Under the pieces are notes generated by a model. It was not told the origin of the DNA and ran no database searches. It worked only from the letters and a program-made list of their open reading frames with translations. Shown piece after piece: positions 1 through 9,974 of a stretch of 64,000 bases of DNA; position 1 is the first letter of the stretch; every line of letters begins with the position of its first letter. Position numbers and translations under genes: made by a program. This DNA is from an uncultured Chloroflexia bacterium (GTDB taxonomy: Bacteria > Chloroflexota > Limnocylindria > QHBO01): assembly GCA_963773695.1 (NCBI GenBank), contig CAVZCE010000015.1, forward strand, positions 46,744-110,743. Reading direction: 5' to 3'.

Positions 1-2
1 GC

Positions 3-2024
3 GAGCTGCGTCGGGAGGCCGGCTGGGAGCCGGTCCGGCTGGCGCTCGGCGACCGCGATGCCGGGGTCCTGCGGGCCGGCGTGCAGCTCCTGGTCCGGCG
101 CCTTCCCGGCATCGGCACCGCCCTCGGATACGCGCCGCGCGGCCCGGTCGGGGATCTCGACGACGACACGACGTGGTTCGAGCTCGTCGCGGCCATGCGC
201 CGGCTCGCGGAACAGGAGCGCGTTGCGACGCTGCGCATCGAGCCCGAGGCGCGCCGCGAGTCACGCGTCGCCGCTCGCCTCACCTCGGACGTGTGGCGAA
301 CCGCGCCATCGGTGCAGCCGGCCGTCACCCGCTGGATCGACCTCACGCGCTCGGAGGAGGAGCTGCGCGACGATCTCCGGCGCAAGCACCGGCAGTACCT
401 CAACAAGGCCGAGCGTGCCGGCTTCACGATCGAGGAGCTCGACGGCGGCGCCGCCCCGGAGCGCGTTGCCGAGGCGCTGGCGGACTTCCACCGCATCCTT
501 TCGGGTACCGGAGATCGGGCCGGGTTCAACACGCGGCCGCTCGACTACTACGCCCGCGTCTGGGCCGCGCTGGCGCCGGCGAACCGCGTGCGGCTCTTCT
601 TCGCCACCCGGGAAGGCGCCCGCGAGGCCACGCTCTTCCACATCGCCTGCGGCGACCAGGTCGCCGAGCTCTACGGGGGATCCAGCGAGCAGGCGTCCCG
701 GGACCGCGCCAACTACCTCGTGAAGTGGGAGTCGATCCTGGCCCTGCGCCGGGAGGGATTCGTGCGCTACGACCTGTGGGGCCAGCCGACCGGCGGGATC
801 GCCCAGTTCAAGGAGGGGTTCGGGGGCGAGCTGGTCCCCCTGGTGGGCGCACGCGACCTGCCGGTCCGGCCCGCCGGCGACGTCGCGGTGCGGGCGGCGC
901 TCTCGGTCCGCGACCGGGTCGTCGCATGGCGTGCCGCCCGGTCGCAGGCCCGCCTGCGACGCACCGCGCTTCCCGAAGGGTTCCGCGCAGTGACCGATGC
1001 CGACGCCGACCGGTGGCAGGCGCTCGTCGAGGAGGTGCCTTCCGGCGATGTGCTGCACGACTGGGCGTGGGCCGCTGTCGCGGCCTTCGACGGGGAGCCG
1101 CAGCGGCGCTTCGTCCTCGAGGAGGAGAAGCGGGTAGTGGCGGTCTGCGCGGCGCAGGTTCGTCGCACGAGCCTGGGTCGCTCGTTCTGGTACGTGCCGC
1201 GCGGCCCGGTCCTCGACTACGCCGATCCGCGTGCCGGCCAGCGGCTCGGGATCGTCCTGGAGGGCCTGCGGCGCGCGGCGGAGCGCGACGGCGCCATCGC
1301 CGTGCGCATCGAGCCGCGCGTGGAGCGCGGCAGCGAGGCGGCCGCGCTCTTCGACGCGGCCGGGCTGCGCCGCAGCTCCGCCACGCTGCAGACGCCCGAC
1401 ACGCGCCTGGTGGAGCTGCTCACCGATGACGATGAGCTCCTCGCCCGCTTCGACAAGGACACCCGCTACGCGATCCGTCGATCCGCCCGGGAGGGCGTCG
1501 AGACGAGCGTGACCGGCGACCCCGACGACGAGACGGCGCTGACGGAGCTCCACGGGATCGTCACCGAGACGCTGGAGCGGGCCTCGTACCGTCTCCCGAG
1601 CCTGGAGCGCTACCGCCTCATCTGGCGCGGCCTGGCCACGCCCGGACGCGCGCGCATCGTCCGGGCTCACCACGAGGGCCGCCTCGAGTCCGCGGCGCTC
1701 ATGGTCGTGGAGGGGGACCGCTCCATCTACCTGTATGCCGGCTCAGTCCGCGAGGAGAAGGGAACGACGAAGCGCTTCGCGTCATACGCCACCCAGTGGC
1801 GGATGATGCGGACCGCCCGCGAGATGGGCGCCAGGGAGCACGACCTGTGGGGCGTGGCGCCGGAGGACGCGGGCCCCGACCATCCGTGGTGGGGCTACAG
1901 CCTCTTCAAGAAGGGATTCGACGGGCGCTTCGTGGCGTGGGCCGGTTCCTGGGACGTGGTCGTGGACCCGGTCTTCTACCGGGCACGCTCGCTCCTCGCC
2001 GTCGTGCGCGGACGTCGCGGCTGA
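3..2024 (+). CDS. FemAB-family peptidoglycan interpeptide-bridge aminoacyltransferase, tandem Fem domains; 5' partial (frame open to window start)
   Basis: Two FemAB-like halves recognisable (…LPGIGTALGYAPRGPV…, …DLWGQPTGGIAQFKEGFGGE… and …HDLWGVAPEDAGPDHPWWGYSLFKKGFDG…); the frame has no stop back to position 3. Confidence 0.55.
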   Translation, partial: ELRREAGWEPVRLALGDRDAGVLRAGVQLLVRRLPGIGTALGYAPRGPVGDLDDDTTWFELVAAMRRLAEQERVATLRIEPEARRESRVAARLTSDVWRTAPSVQPAVTRWIDLTRSEEELRDDLRRKHRQYLNKAERAGFTIEELDGGAAPERVAEALADFHRILSGTGDRAGFNTRPLDYYARVWAALAPANRVRLFFATREGAREATLFHIACGDQVAELYGGSSEQASRDRANYLVKWESILALRREGFVRYDLWGQPTGGIAQFKEGFGGELVPLVGARDLPVRPAGDVAVRAALSVRDRVVAWRAARSQARLRRTALPEGFRAVTDADADRWQALVEEVPSGDVLHDWAWAAVAAFDGEPQRRFVLEEEKRVVAVCAAQVRRTSLGRSFWYVPRGPVLDYADPRAGQRLGIVLEGLRRAAERDGAIAVRIEPRVERGSEAAALFDAAGLRRSSATLQTPDTRLVELLTDDDELLARFDKDTRYAIRRSAREGVETSVTGDPDDETALTELHGIVTETLERASYRLPSLERYRLIWRGLATPGRARIVRAHHEGRLESAALMVVEGDRSIYLYAGSVREEKGTTKRFASYATQWRMMRTAREMGAREHDLWGVAPEDAGPDHPWWGYSLFKKGFDGRFVAWAGSWDVVVDPVFYRARSLLAVVRGRRG

Positions 2025-2074
2025 CGGCCGCAGCCATCAGCCGCGAGCACGCTGCGTGCTACCATCGGCCCCCC

Positions 2075-4288
2075 ATGGACCTCGCACGGCTGCGTGCGGC
2101 GCCCGCGGCCGTGGTTCACCGCCTCGCGCGCACCTCGGAAAGCGAGCCCGGAACGCATTCCCTCGACGACCTCCTCGTGGAGGCGCGTCTGCATCGGCCG
2201 AGCATCAACGTCGGCCTCATCGAGCGCGCCTACGACGTCGCCGCCGCCGCACACGAGGGGCAGCTGAGGGCCTCGGGGGAGCCGTACATCACCCATCCGC
2301 TGGCCGTCGCCCACTACCTGGCGGGCCTCCAGATGGATGCGGAGACGCTGGCGGCGGCGCTCCTGCATGACGTCCCCGAGGACACCGACCTCACCCTGCT
2401 CGACATCGAGAAGCGCTTCGGCCGCGAGGTGACCCGCCTGGTCGACGGGGTAACGAAGCTGTCGCGCTTCGGCTCCGCGCGCTCCGTGGAGGAGCAGCAG
2501 GCGGAGAACATCCGGAAGATGTTCATGGCCATGGCCGAGGACGTCCGGGTCGTGGTCATCAAGCTCACCGACCGGCTGCACAACATGCGCACGCTGCAGT
2601 ACCTCCCCGAGGACAAGCAGCTGCGCATCGCGCGCCAGACCATGGAGATCTACGCCCCGCTGGCCCACCGCCTCGGGATGTGGCAGGTCAAGTGGGAGCT
2701 CGAGGACCTCTCCTTCAAGTACCTGGAGCCGGAGACCTACCGCAAGCTCGCGGATCTGCTGGCCGACCGCCGCAAGGCGCGCGAGTCGTTCATCAACAAG
2801 AGCATCTCCATCCTGCGCAAGGAGCTGGCGAAGGTCGGCATCACCGCGGAGATCTCGGGCCGCCCCAAGCACCTGTACAGCATCTACAAGAAGATGGAGC
2901 GCAAGGGGGCGGAGTTCAGCGAGATCTACGACCTCCACGCCATTCGCCTGCTGGTGAGCGATGTCAAGGACTGCTACGCGGCGCTCGGCGTGGTCCATTC
3001 CATCTGGCGGCCGATTCCCGGGCAGTTCGACGACTACATCGCCATGCCCAAGGCGAACATGTACCAGAGCCTCCACACCGCGGTCATCGGCCCCGACGCG
3101 AAGCCCCTCGAGGTCCAGATCCGGACCCACCACATGCACGACGTGGCGGAGGCGGGCATCGCGGCCCACTGGCGCTACAAGGAGGGGAGCCGCGGCGATC
3201 GCCGCTACGACGAAAAGCTCGCCTGGGTCCGCCAGCTCATGGAGTGGCAGCGCGAGGTGAGCGACGCCACGGAGTTCGTGGAGGGTCTCAAGCTCGACCT
3301 CTTCCAGGACCAGGTCTTCGTCTTCACCCCCAAGGGCGACGTCAAGGACCTGCCGGCGGGCGCCGGGCCCCTTGACTTCGCCTACCGGATCCATACCGAT
3401 GTCGGCCATCGCACGATCGGCGCGAAGGTCAACAACCGGCTCGTGCCGCTCGACTACCACCTGCGCAACGGCGACATCGTCGAGATCATCACCACCAAGG
3501 CGGCGCACGGTCCGTCGCGGGACTGGCTGAACATCGTCCGCACCAACCAGGCGCGCGAAAAGATCCGCCAGTGGTTCAAGCGCCAGCAGCGCGACGAGAA
3601 CATCGTGCAGGGCAAGGACCTGCTGGATCGTGAGCTGCGGCGGCTCGCCCACGAGACCCTGGCCTCGGCGGACGGCGAGAAGCTCGCGGAGATCGCCACC
3701 CAGCTGCACTACCGCGAGCTCGACGACTTCTACGCCGCCATCGGCTACGGCGCCGTCTCACCGGCGAGCGTGGTGAGCAAGCTCGAGGTCCACGACGACG
3801 TGGCGATCGCCCTGCCGGAGGTGGCGCCGCCGGCTGCGCCCTCGACGAGCGGCGTCCGGGTCAAGGGCGTCGGCGACCTCCTGGTGCGCTTCGCGAAGTG
3901 CTGCTCGCCGATCCCCGGCGACCCCATCGCCGGCTACGTGACGCGGGGCAAGGGGGTCACCATCCACCGCGCCACCTGCCCGTCGGTCCTCTCCGAGCGC
4001 GACATCGAGCGACTCATCGACGTCGAGTGGGAGGCCGCCGGCCAGCAGACGTATCCCATCACCGTGCGGATCGAGGCGATCGATCGGCCGGGCCTCCTCA
4101 ACGAGATCACGAACGTCGTCGCCGAGCACAAGGTGAACATCGTGGCCGCCAGCATCGGCGTCCACCCCGACGGGATGGCCACCATCACCGCCACCCTCAA
4201 GGTCACCAGCCTCCAGCAGCTCTCGCGGGTCCTGTCGCGGATCGAGCGCCTGCGTGACGTGACGAGCGTCACGCGCGAGGTCAGCTAA
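2075..4288 (+). CDS. rel: Bifunctional (p)ppGpp synthetase/hydrolase RelA/SpoT
   Basis: HD hydrolase, RelA/SpoT synthetase, TGS and ACT regions are all recognisable in the 738 aa translation; the ATG at 2075 gives a typical N-terminus (MDLARLRAAP…). Confidence 0.9.
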   Translation: MDLARLRAAPAAVVHRLARTSESEPGTHSLDDLLVEARLHRPSINVGLIERAYDVAAAAHEGQLRASGEPYITHPLAVAHYLAGLQMDAETLAAALLHDVPEDTDLTLLDIEKRFGREVTRLVDGVTKLSRFGSARSVEEQQAENIRKMFMAMAEDVRVVVIKLTDRLHNMRTLQYLPEDKQLRIARQTMEIYAPLAHRLGMWQVKWELEDLSFKYLEPETYRKLADLLADRRKARESFINKSISILRKELAKVGITAEISGRPKHLYSIYKKMERKGAEFSEIYDLHAIRLLVSDVKDCYAALGVVHSIWRPIPGQFDDYIAMPKANMYQSLHTAVIGPDAKPLEVQIRTHHMHDVAEAGIAAHWRYKEGSRGDRRYDEKLAWVRQLMEWQREVSDATEFVEGLKLDLFQDQVFVFTPKGDVKDLPAGAGPLDFAYRIHTDVGHRTIGAKVNNRLVPLDYHLRNGDIVEIITTKAAHGPSRDWLNIVRTNQAREKIRQWFKRQQRDENIVQGKDLLDRELRRLAHETLASADGEKLAEIATQLHYRELDDFYAAIGYGAVSPASVVSKLEVHDDVAIALPEVAPPAAPSTSGVRVKGVGDLLVRFAKCCSPIPGDPIAGYVTRGKGVTIHRATCPSVLSERDIERLIDVEWEAAGQQTYPITVRIEAIDRPGLLNEITNVVAEHKVNIVAASIGVHPDGMATITATLKVTSLQQLSRVLSRIERLRDVTSVTREVS

Positions 4289-5034
4289 CCCGCATCGCCC
4301 CGCCCGCGGTCGCCCTGCCCGGGTCCGCGCTTCGCCTCCTCCAGGAACGGACCGATGGCGGCGCCGAAGGCGTCCGGCTCCTCCCACATCGGCATGTGGC
4401 CGGCCCGCGGAACCAGGGCCAGGCGCGCCCCCGGAACGAGCTTCGTCATCTCCTCGCCGACCTCCACGGGCACGATGACGTCCTCCGCGCCCCAGACGAG
4501 CAGGGTCGGCACCCGCAGCGCGGCGAGCTCCCGTCGCAGGTCGCAGGCGACGATCTGCCGCAGCGCGTCGCCGAGGCGCAGCGGACCCATCCGCCACAGG
4601 CCGGCGGCGAGCATGGGGAGGGTCGTGGGATCGGTGCGTCCCGTGGCGCGCATCACCGCGCCAAGGCGACCGATGGCCCCGCCGGGGAGCGGCAGTGCCG
4701 GCGTGTCCACCAGGACCAGGGCCCGTACGAGCTCCGGTCGGGCCGCGGCGAGCATGACCGCCACGATCCCGCCCATGGAGTGGCCGATGATGATGGCCGG
4801 TCCGGTGCCGGCCCGATCGAGGTCTGCGGCCACCGCGGCGCTGACCGCCCGAAGCGGGTAGCGCCAGGCGGAGTCGCTGGCGAAGCGAAGCAGGTCGGGG
4901 GTGAGCGCCACGATCTCCGGGTTCGTCGTCGGCCGGGGTCCCGGCTCCGTCTCCGGCAGCCAGCGGCCCCAGCAGTGCGGCCCGCTCGAGACGCCGTGGA
5001 GGCAGAGCAGCGGGCCGGCCGCGGTGGCGGTCAT
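4285..5034 (-). CDS. Alpha/beta-fold hydrolase
   Basis: GHSMGG nucleophile-elbow motif; HG oxyanion motif near the N-terminus (CLHGVSSGPHCW). Confidence 0.55.
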   Translation of the reverse strand: MTATAAGPLLCLHGVSSGPHCWGRWLPETEPGPRPTTNPEIVALTPDLLRFASDSAWRYPLRAVSAAVAADLDRAGTGPAIIIGHSMGGIVAVMLAAARPELVRALVLVDTPALPLPGGAIGRLGAVMRATGRTDPTTLPMLAAGLWRMGPLRLGDALRQIVACDLRRELAALRVPTLLVWGAEDVIVPVEVGEEMTKLVPGARLALVPRAGHMPMWEEPDAFGAAIGPFLEEAKRGPGQGDRGRGDAG

Positions 5035-5828
5035 GCCGCCACCTCCCCGCGCAGGTCCGCCCAGCGTGCCGTGTCCGCCCATCCGGTGAGGGTACGGCGG
5101 CGCCGGAAGACGTCCTCCGGGCCGTTGAGGATGTCCGTCAGCCAGCGGGCCGCCGCGCGGTCAAGGACCGGCTCGGCCTGCGGGAGCAGGTCGCCGATGC
5201 TGCGCTCGATGGCGCGCTGCAGCGCGCGGAGGGCCTGCCCGGCGCGGAACGGTCCGGGGTGCACGGGCCTGCCGAAGCGGACGGTGATCTCGCGACCCAC
5301 CCACAGCGCGCTGCTGCCGACCACGGCGCAGGGCACGACCGGGACGTCGTGCTCCAGCGCGAACGCCGCCGCTCCCGGGTTCGTGCGCTGCAGGGCCGTC
5401 TCGCGGAAAGCGATCCGGCCTTCCGGGAAGATGCCCACCACGCCGCCGGCGTCGAGCACGCGCGCGACGCAGTCCAGGGCGGTGCGCAGCTGGCCGCCGT
5501 GCCGCCCGAAGGGAATCACGCAGCCGACGAGGCGCACGACGACCCGCGCCAGCATGGTTCGGCAATCCTCGCGGGGACCGAACCAGGTGATGCCGGGGCG
5601 CCCCGGTGCCGCGGCCATGATGAGGAACGGGTCGAACCCGTTGTGGTGGTTGCACGCCAGGACATAGGGTGGTTCGGGCAGCGTATCGAGGCCTTCGACC
5701 CTGACCCGGAAGAGGATGCCGACCAGGCCGCGGTCGAGCGCCCGCAGGAGGCCGTAGCGCGGCGGCCGAGCCGTGCGACCGCTGCGAGTTCCGGTGGTGA
5801 CGGGGAAGCGCAGCGCCTGGACGGTCAT
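5031..5828 (-). CDS. 1-acyl-sn-glycerol-3-phosphate acyltransferase family (PlsC-like)
   Basis: NHHNGFDP (HX4D) and FPEGRIA acyltransferase motifs. Confidence 0.6.
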   Translation of the reverse strand: MTVQALRFPVTTGTRSGRTARPPRYGLLRALDRGLVGILFRVRVEGLDTLPEPPYVLACNHHNGFDPFLIMAAAPGRPGITWFGPREDCRTMLARVVVRLVGCVIPFGRHGGQLRTALDCVARVLDAGGVVGIFPEGRIAFRETALQRTNPGAAAFALEHDVPVVPCAVVGSSALWVGREITVRFGRPVHPGPFRAGQALRALQRAIERSIGDLLPQAEPVLDRAAARWLTDILNGPEDVFRRRRTLTGWADTARWADLRGEVAA

Positions 5829-5989
5829 CTCCCTCTCCCTTGCCCATCTGCCGCGGCCTGCGGCCGCTCACGCACGCAGCATCGGCCCGCCCCCCTGCGG
5901 AACCGATGGGGCGCCACTGCGGCACCACTGCGGCCGGGGCGACCGGACTGCGGAAACGGGCCGAGGGGCCCCGGTACACTTGCGCGGAC

Positions 5990-7255
5990 ATGGCCCCATC
6001 CATCGGCGCGCCACGCGGCACCCGCGACCTCCTCCCGGAGGAGGCGGTGCGCTGGAACGCGGCGGAGCAGGTCGCGCGCGATCTCTCCGGGCGATATGGA
6101 TTCACCCGCATCGACACGCCGCTCTTCGAGCGCGTCGAGCTCTTCGCCCGCGGTCTCGGCGAGTCGTCCGACGCGGTGGAGAAGGAGATGTTCCGCGTCG
6201 CCGGTGCCAAGGGCAGCGTCGAGGAGCGCGCCGAGTGGGCGCTGCGCCCGGAGCCGACCGCGGGGATCGTGCGCGCCTACATCGAGCACGGCATGCAGGT
6301 CCGCCCCGGCCCGCTGCGCCTCTGGATGCTCGGGCCCATGTTCCGGTACGACCGCCCGCAGGCCGGGCGCTACCGGCAGTTCACGCAGTGGGACGTCGAG
6401 GTGATCGGCGACGCCGGACCCATGGTGGACGCCGAGCTCGTCGAGCTCGCCCACGCCTACTACGCCGCGCTTGGCATCCATGATGTCGTGGCCCACGTCA
6501 ACTCGATCGGGGACGCCGCCTGCCGCCCGCGCTTCCGTGAGGCGCTCATCGACTACTTCGGCCGCCATGAGGCGCAGCTGAGCGAGGACTCGCGCCGCCG
6601 CCTGCGCGTGAATCCCCTCCGCGTCCTCGATGACAAGCTGCTGGACCCGCAGATCGCGGCACAGGCGCCGCGCTCGGTCGACCTGCTGTGCGATGCGTGC
6701 CGCGAGCACTTCACCGCCTTCCTCGAGCTCCTCGACGCCCTCGGCCTGCGCCACGTCGTCGACGACCGCCTGGTGCGCGGCCTCGACTACTACACGCGGA
6801 CGACCTTCGAGTTCTTCGTCGCCGGGCGCGAGGGCCAGCAGCAGGCCCTGGGCGGCGGCGGACGCTACGACGGGCTGGTGGAGCACCTTGGTGGAAGGCC
6901 CACGCCGGGCATCGGCTTCGGGATCGGGATCGACCGGGCGGTGATCGCGGCGGAGGAGCAGGGTGCGCCGGCCCCGGACGAGCGAGGGCTGGTCGCGGTG
7001 ATCAGCCCCAACCGGGGCGACCTCGCGACGCGCCTGCAGGTCGCCGGCGTCCTTCGCGGCGCCGGCCTGGCAGTCCGGCCGGACGGCTCGAGCCGGAAGC
7101 TCGGGCGCCAGCTCGAGACGGCGTCGAAGGTCGGCGCCCGCTGGGCGGTGATCGTCCAGGGCTCCGCCCGCGATCCGCTCGTGGTGCGTGACCTCGTGAG
7201 CGGCGAGCAGCGCGAGCTGTCACTCCCGGAGGCTGTCCGCGCCATGGGCGGCTGA
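5990..7255 (+). CDS. hisS: Histidine--tRNA ligase
   Basis: Class II aaRS motifs; N-terminus MAPSIGAPRGTRDLLPEE is typical of HisRS. Confidence 0.9.
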   Translation: MAPSIGAPRGTRDLLPEEAVRWNAAEQVARDLSGRYGFTRIDTPLFERVELFARGLGESSDAVEKEMFRVAGAKGSVEERAEWALRPEPTAGIVRAYIEHGMQVRPGPLRLWMLGPMFRYDRPQAGRYRQFTQWDVEVIGDAGPMVDAELVELAHAYYAALGIHDVVAHVNSIGDAACRPRFREALIDYFGRHEAQLSEDSRRRLRVNPLRVLDDKLLDPQIAAQAPRSVDLLCDACREHFTAFLELLDALGLRHVVDDRLVRGLDYYTRTTFEFFVAGREGQQQALGGGGRYDGLVEHLGGRPTPGIGFGIGIDRAVIAAEEQGAPAPDERGLVAVISPNRGDLATRLQVAGVLRGAGLAVRPDGSSRKLGRQLETASKVGARWAVIVQGSARDPLVVRDLVSGEQRELSLPEAVRAMGG

Positions 7256-7291
7256 CCGCCGCCGCCGGACTTCGGCTACCATCGGCGGACC

Positions 7292-9085
7292 ATGCCCGCC
7301 CGCCAGTCCTTCCGCACGCACACCTGCGGCGAGCTCCGCCCGGAGCACGTCGGTGAGCACGTGACGCTCGCCGGATGGGTGCATCGCCGGCGCGACCACG
7401 GTCACCTGACGTTCTTCGACCTGCGCGACCGCTACGGGATCACGCAGGTCGTGACCAACGCGCAGGACGCGCCGGCGGCCCACGCCGCGGGGGAGGCGGC
7501 CCGCAACGAGTGGGTGATCCAGGTCACCGGGACGGTGCGACATCGGCCGCAGGGCACCACGAACCCCGACCTCGCCACGGGCGAGGTGGAGGTCGCCGTC
7601 TCCGATCTGGCCATCCTCAACCCCTCGAAGGTGCCGCCCTTCTACGTGAACGAGGAGCAGCCCGGGCTCGACGAGTCACTCCGGCTGCAGTATCGCTACG
7701 TGGACCTGCGACGGCCGCCCATGCAGGAGCGGATCATCCTGCGTGCCCGCCTGGCGAGCGCGGTGCGACGGGCGTTCGAGGGCATGGGCTTCGTCGAGAT
7801 CGAGACGCCGAACCTCATCCGCAGCACGCCGGAGGGCGCGCGCGACTTCGTCGTTCCCTCGCGGCTGCAGCCGGGCCAGTTCTACGCTCTGCCGCAGAGT
7901 CCGCAGCAGCTCAAGCAGCTCCTGATGGTCGCCGGCTACGACCGCTACTTCCAGCTGGCCCGCGCGTTCCGCGACGAGGACCTGCGGGGCGACCGCCAGC
8001 CGGAGCACACGCAGATCGACGTGGAGATGAGCTTCGTCCGCGGCGAGGACGTGATGGCCACCATCGAGGAGATGGTGACCACCGTGTCGCGCGAGGTGAT
8101 GCCCGAACGCCCCATCCTCGCCGCCCCCTTCCCGCACCTCACCTACGAGGAGGCGCTGGACCGATACGGTTCGGACAAGCCGGACCTCCGCTTCGGCATG
8201 GAGCTGACGGACCTGACCGATGCCGTCCGCAGCGTGGACTTCCGCGTCTTCGCCGAGCCCATCGCGGCGGGCGGCCGGGTGCGTGGCATCGTGGCTCCCG
8301 GCTGCGCCGGGTACTCGCGCAGGCAGGTCGACGAGCTGACAGATCTCGCGCGACGCCACGGCGCCGGCGGACTCGTGCATCTCGCAGTGGGGGATGACGG
8401 CGGCCTCTCCGGGCCGGCCGCCAGGTTCCTCGACGACGCCCACCAGGCGGCCCTGCGGGAGACGACCGGGGCGGCGCCGGGTGACCTGATCCTCGTCGTG
8501 GCCGATGCCGATCCGCTGCGCTCCGCGGACGTCCTGGGCCGCCTGCGGCTGGAGCTCGGGGACAGGCTCGGGCTCCGCGACGAGAACCTCCTCGCCTACG
8601 TCTGGGTCTACCCCTTCCCGATGTTCACCTGGGACGAGGAGAACCAGCGCTGGGATGCGACCCACAACCCCTTCAGCGCGCCGCTCTGGGAGGAGGAGGC
8701 GCGGATGGAGTCCGATCCCGGCTCGGTCCACGCCCAGCAGTACGACCTTGCCCTCAACGGCTGGGAGCTCGGCGGCGGCAGCGTGCGGATCCACCGTCGC
8801 GACCTGCTGGAGCGGGCCTTTGCGCTCATGGGCCACACCGTGGAAGGGATGCGCGACCAGTTCGGCGCGCTCCTCGACGCGCTCGAGTACGGTGCCCCGC
8901 CGCACGGCGGGATCGCCATCGGCCTGGACCGATGGAGCGCCCTCCTGGCCCGGCAGACGAACATCCGCGAGGTGATGGCCTTCCCGAAGACGCAGTCGGG
9001 GAACGATCTCATGCTGGAGGCGCCGTCCCGGATCAGCCCCGTCCAGCTCGAGGAGCTCCATCTCGAGATCGTTCGCGAGGAGTGA
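7292..9085 (+). CDS. aspS: Aspartate--tRNA ligase
   Basis: 597 aa; OB-fold N-terminal domain; class II motifs (FRDEDLRGDRQPEHTQID…, GGGSVRIHRRDL). Confidence 0.9.
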   Translation: MPARQSFRTHTCGELRPEHVGEHVTLAGWVHRRRDHGHLTFFDLRDRYGITQVVTNAQDAPAAHAAGEAARNEWVIQVTGTVRHRPQGTTNPDLATGEVEVAVSDLAILNPSKVPPFYVNEEQPGLDESLRLQYRYVDLRRPPMQERIILRARLASAVRRAFEGMGFVEIETPNLIRSTPEGARDFVVPSRLQPGQFYALPQSPQQLKQLLMVAGYDRYFQLARAFRDEDLRGDRQPEHTQIDVEMSFVRGEDVMATIEEMVTTVSREVMPERPILAAPFPHLTYEEALDRYGSDKPDLRFGMELTDLTDAVRSVDFRVFAEPIAAGGRVRGIVAPGCAGYSRRQVDELTDLARRHGAGGLVHLAVGDDGGLSGPAARFLDDAHQAALRETTGAAPGDLILVVADADPLRSADVLGRLRLELGDRLGLRDENLLAYVWVYPFPMFTWDEENQRWDATHNPFSAPLWEEEARMESDPGSVHAQQYDLALNGWELGGGSVRIHRRDLLERAFALMGHTVEGMRDQFGALLDALEYGAPPHGGIAIGLDRWSALLARQTNIREVMAFPKTQSGNDLMLEAPSRISPVQLEELHLEIVREE

Positions 9086-9110
9086 GCCGTCCGGCCCGGG
9101 CCGGACGGCC
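9086..9110 (+). terminator. GC-rich hairpin immediately after aspS (10 bp stem CCGTCCGGCC/GGCCGGACGG)
   Basis: Perfect inverted repeat seen directly 3' of the aspS stop codon; no T-tract, as is common in high-GC genomes. Confidence 0.3.
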
Positions 9111-9217
9111 GGCGTCTCGGGCACAAGCGCAGGTGGTCCGGCGTTGCGGTTCTGTGCCATCCTGCATCCGCCACAACCGGCGTGCCGCCGGAGCGGCACG
9201 CTGTGCGGAGGTACGAG

Positions 9218-9967
9218 GTGAAGGTTCGAGACGTCATGACGGCGCCGGTCGTCTCCGTGCGGCCGGAGACGCCGCTCAAGGAGGTCGCCCGCCTCTTCCT
9301 GGATCGGAAGATCAGCGGCGTGCCCGTCACCGACGAGGCCGGCAAGGTGCTGGGCATCGTCAGCGAGGCGGACTTCCTGATCAAGGAGCGCGGGATCCCG
9401 GAACGCCAGGTCGGCGCACGTCGACCGCTCGCCTGGCTCTTCGGTGACGAGCGGAGCACGCGGGAGCAGGCGAAGGTCCATGCGGCGACGGCCGGCGAGG
9501 CGATGACGAAGCCGGTCCTGACCGTGTGCGCCGAGTGCGCGCTTCGCGAGGCGGCCGCCCTCATGGTCGACCACCAGGTGAACCGGCTTCCGGTCGTGGA
9601 CGACGATCGGCTGGTCGGGATCGTGACGCGTGCGGATCTGGTCGGCGCCTTCATCCGTCCCGACGAGGAGCTCGCGACCATCATCTCCGACGAGGTGATC
9701 CGCGATACGATGTGGGTGGATCCTCGACGCGTCAGCGTGGAGGTCTCGGAAGGTGTGGTGCGCCTGAGCGGGGCGGTCGATCGGCGCTCGACGGCGCAGA
9801 TCCTGGCGAAGCTCGTCGCACAGGTCGACGGGGTCGTGAACGTCGAGGCCGCCGATCTCCGCTGGGAGCTCGACGATCGCAACATGGTGCCGGCCACGGA
9901 GCGTGGCGAGCGCGAAACGACCGCGGCCTCGCTGACCCGCCGGGAGCCCCCCCGCACCACCGGCTGA
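9218..9967 (+). CDS. CBS-pair plus BON-domain protein
   Basis: Two CBS motifs (…GVPVTDEAGKVLGIVSEADFL…, …NRLPVVDDDRLVGIVTRADL…) and a C-terminal BON-like segment; GTG start with a GGAGG Shine-Dalgarno upstream. Confidence 0.55.
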   Translation: MKVRDVMTAPVVSVRPETPLKEVARLFLDRKISGVPVTDEAGKVLGIVSEADFLIKERGIPERQVGARRPLAWLFGDERSTREQAKVHAATAGEAMTKPVLTVCAECALREAAALMVDHQVNRLPVVDDDRLVGIVTRADLVGAFIRPDEELATIISDEVIRDTMWVDPRRVSVEVSEGVVRLSGAVDRRSTAQILAKLVAQVDGVVNVEAADLRWELDDRNMVPATERGERETTAASLTRREPPRTTG

Positions 9968-9974
9968 GACGAGC

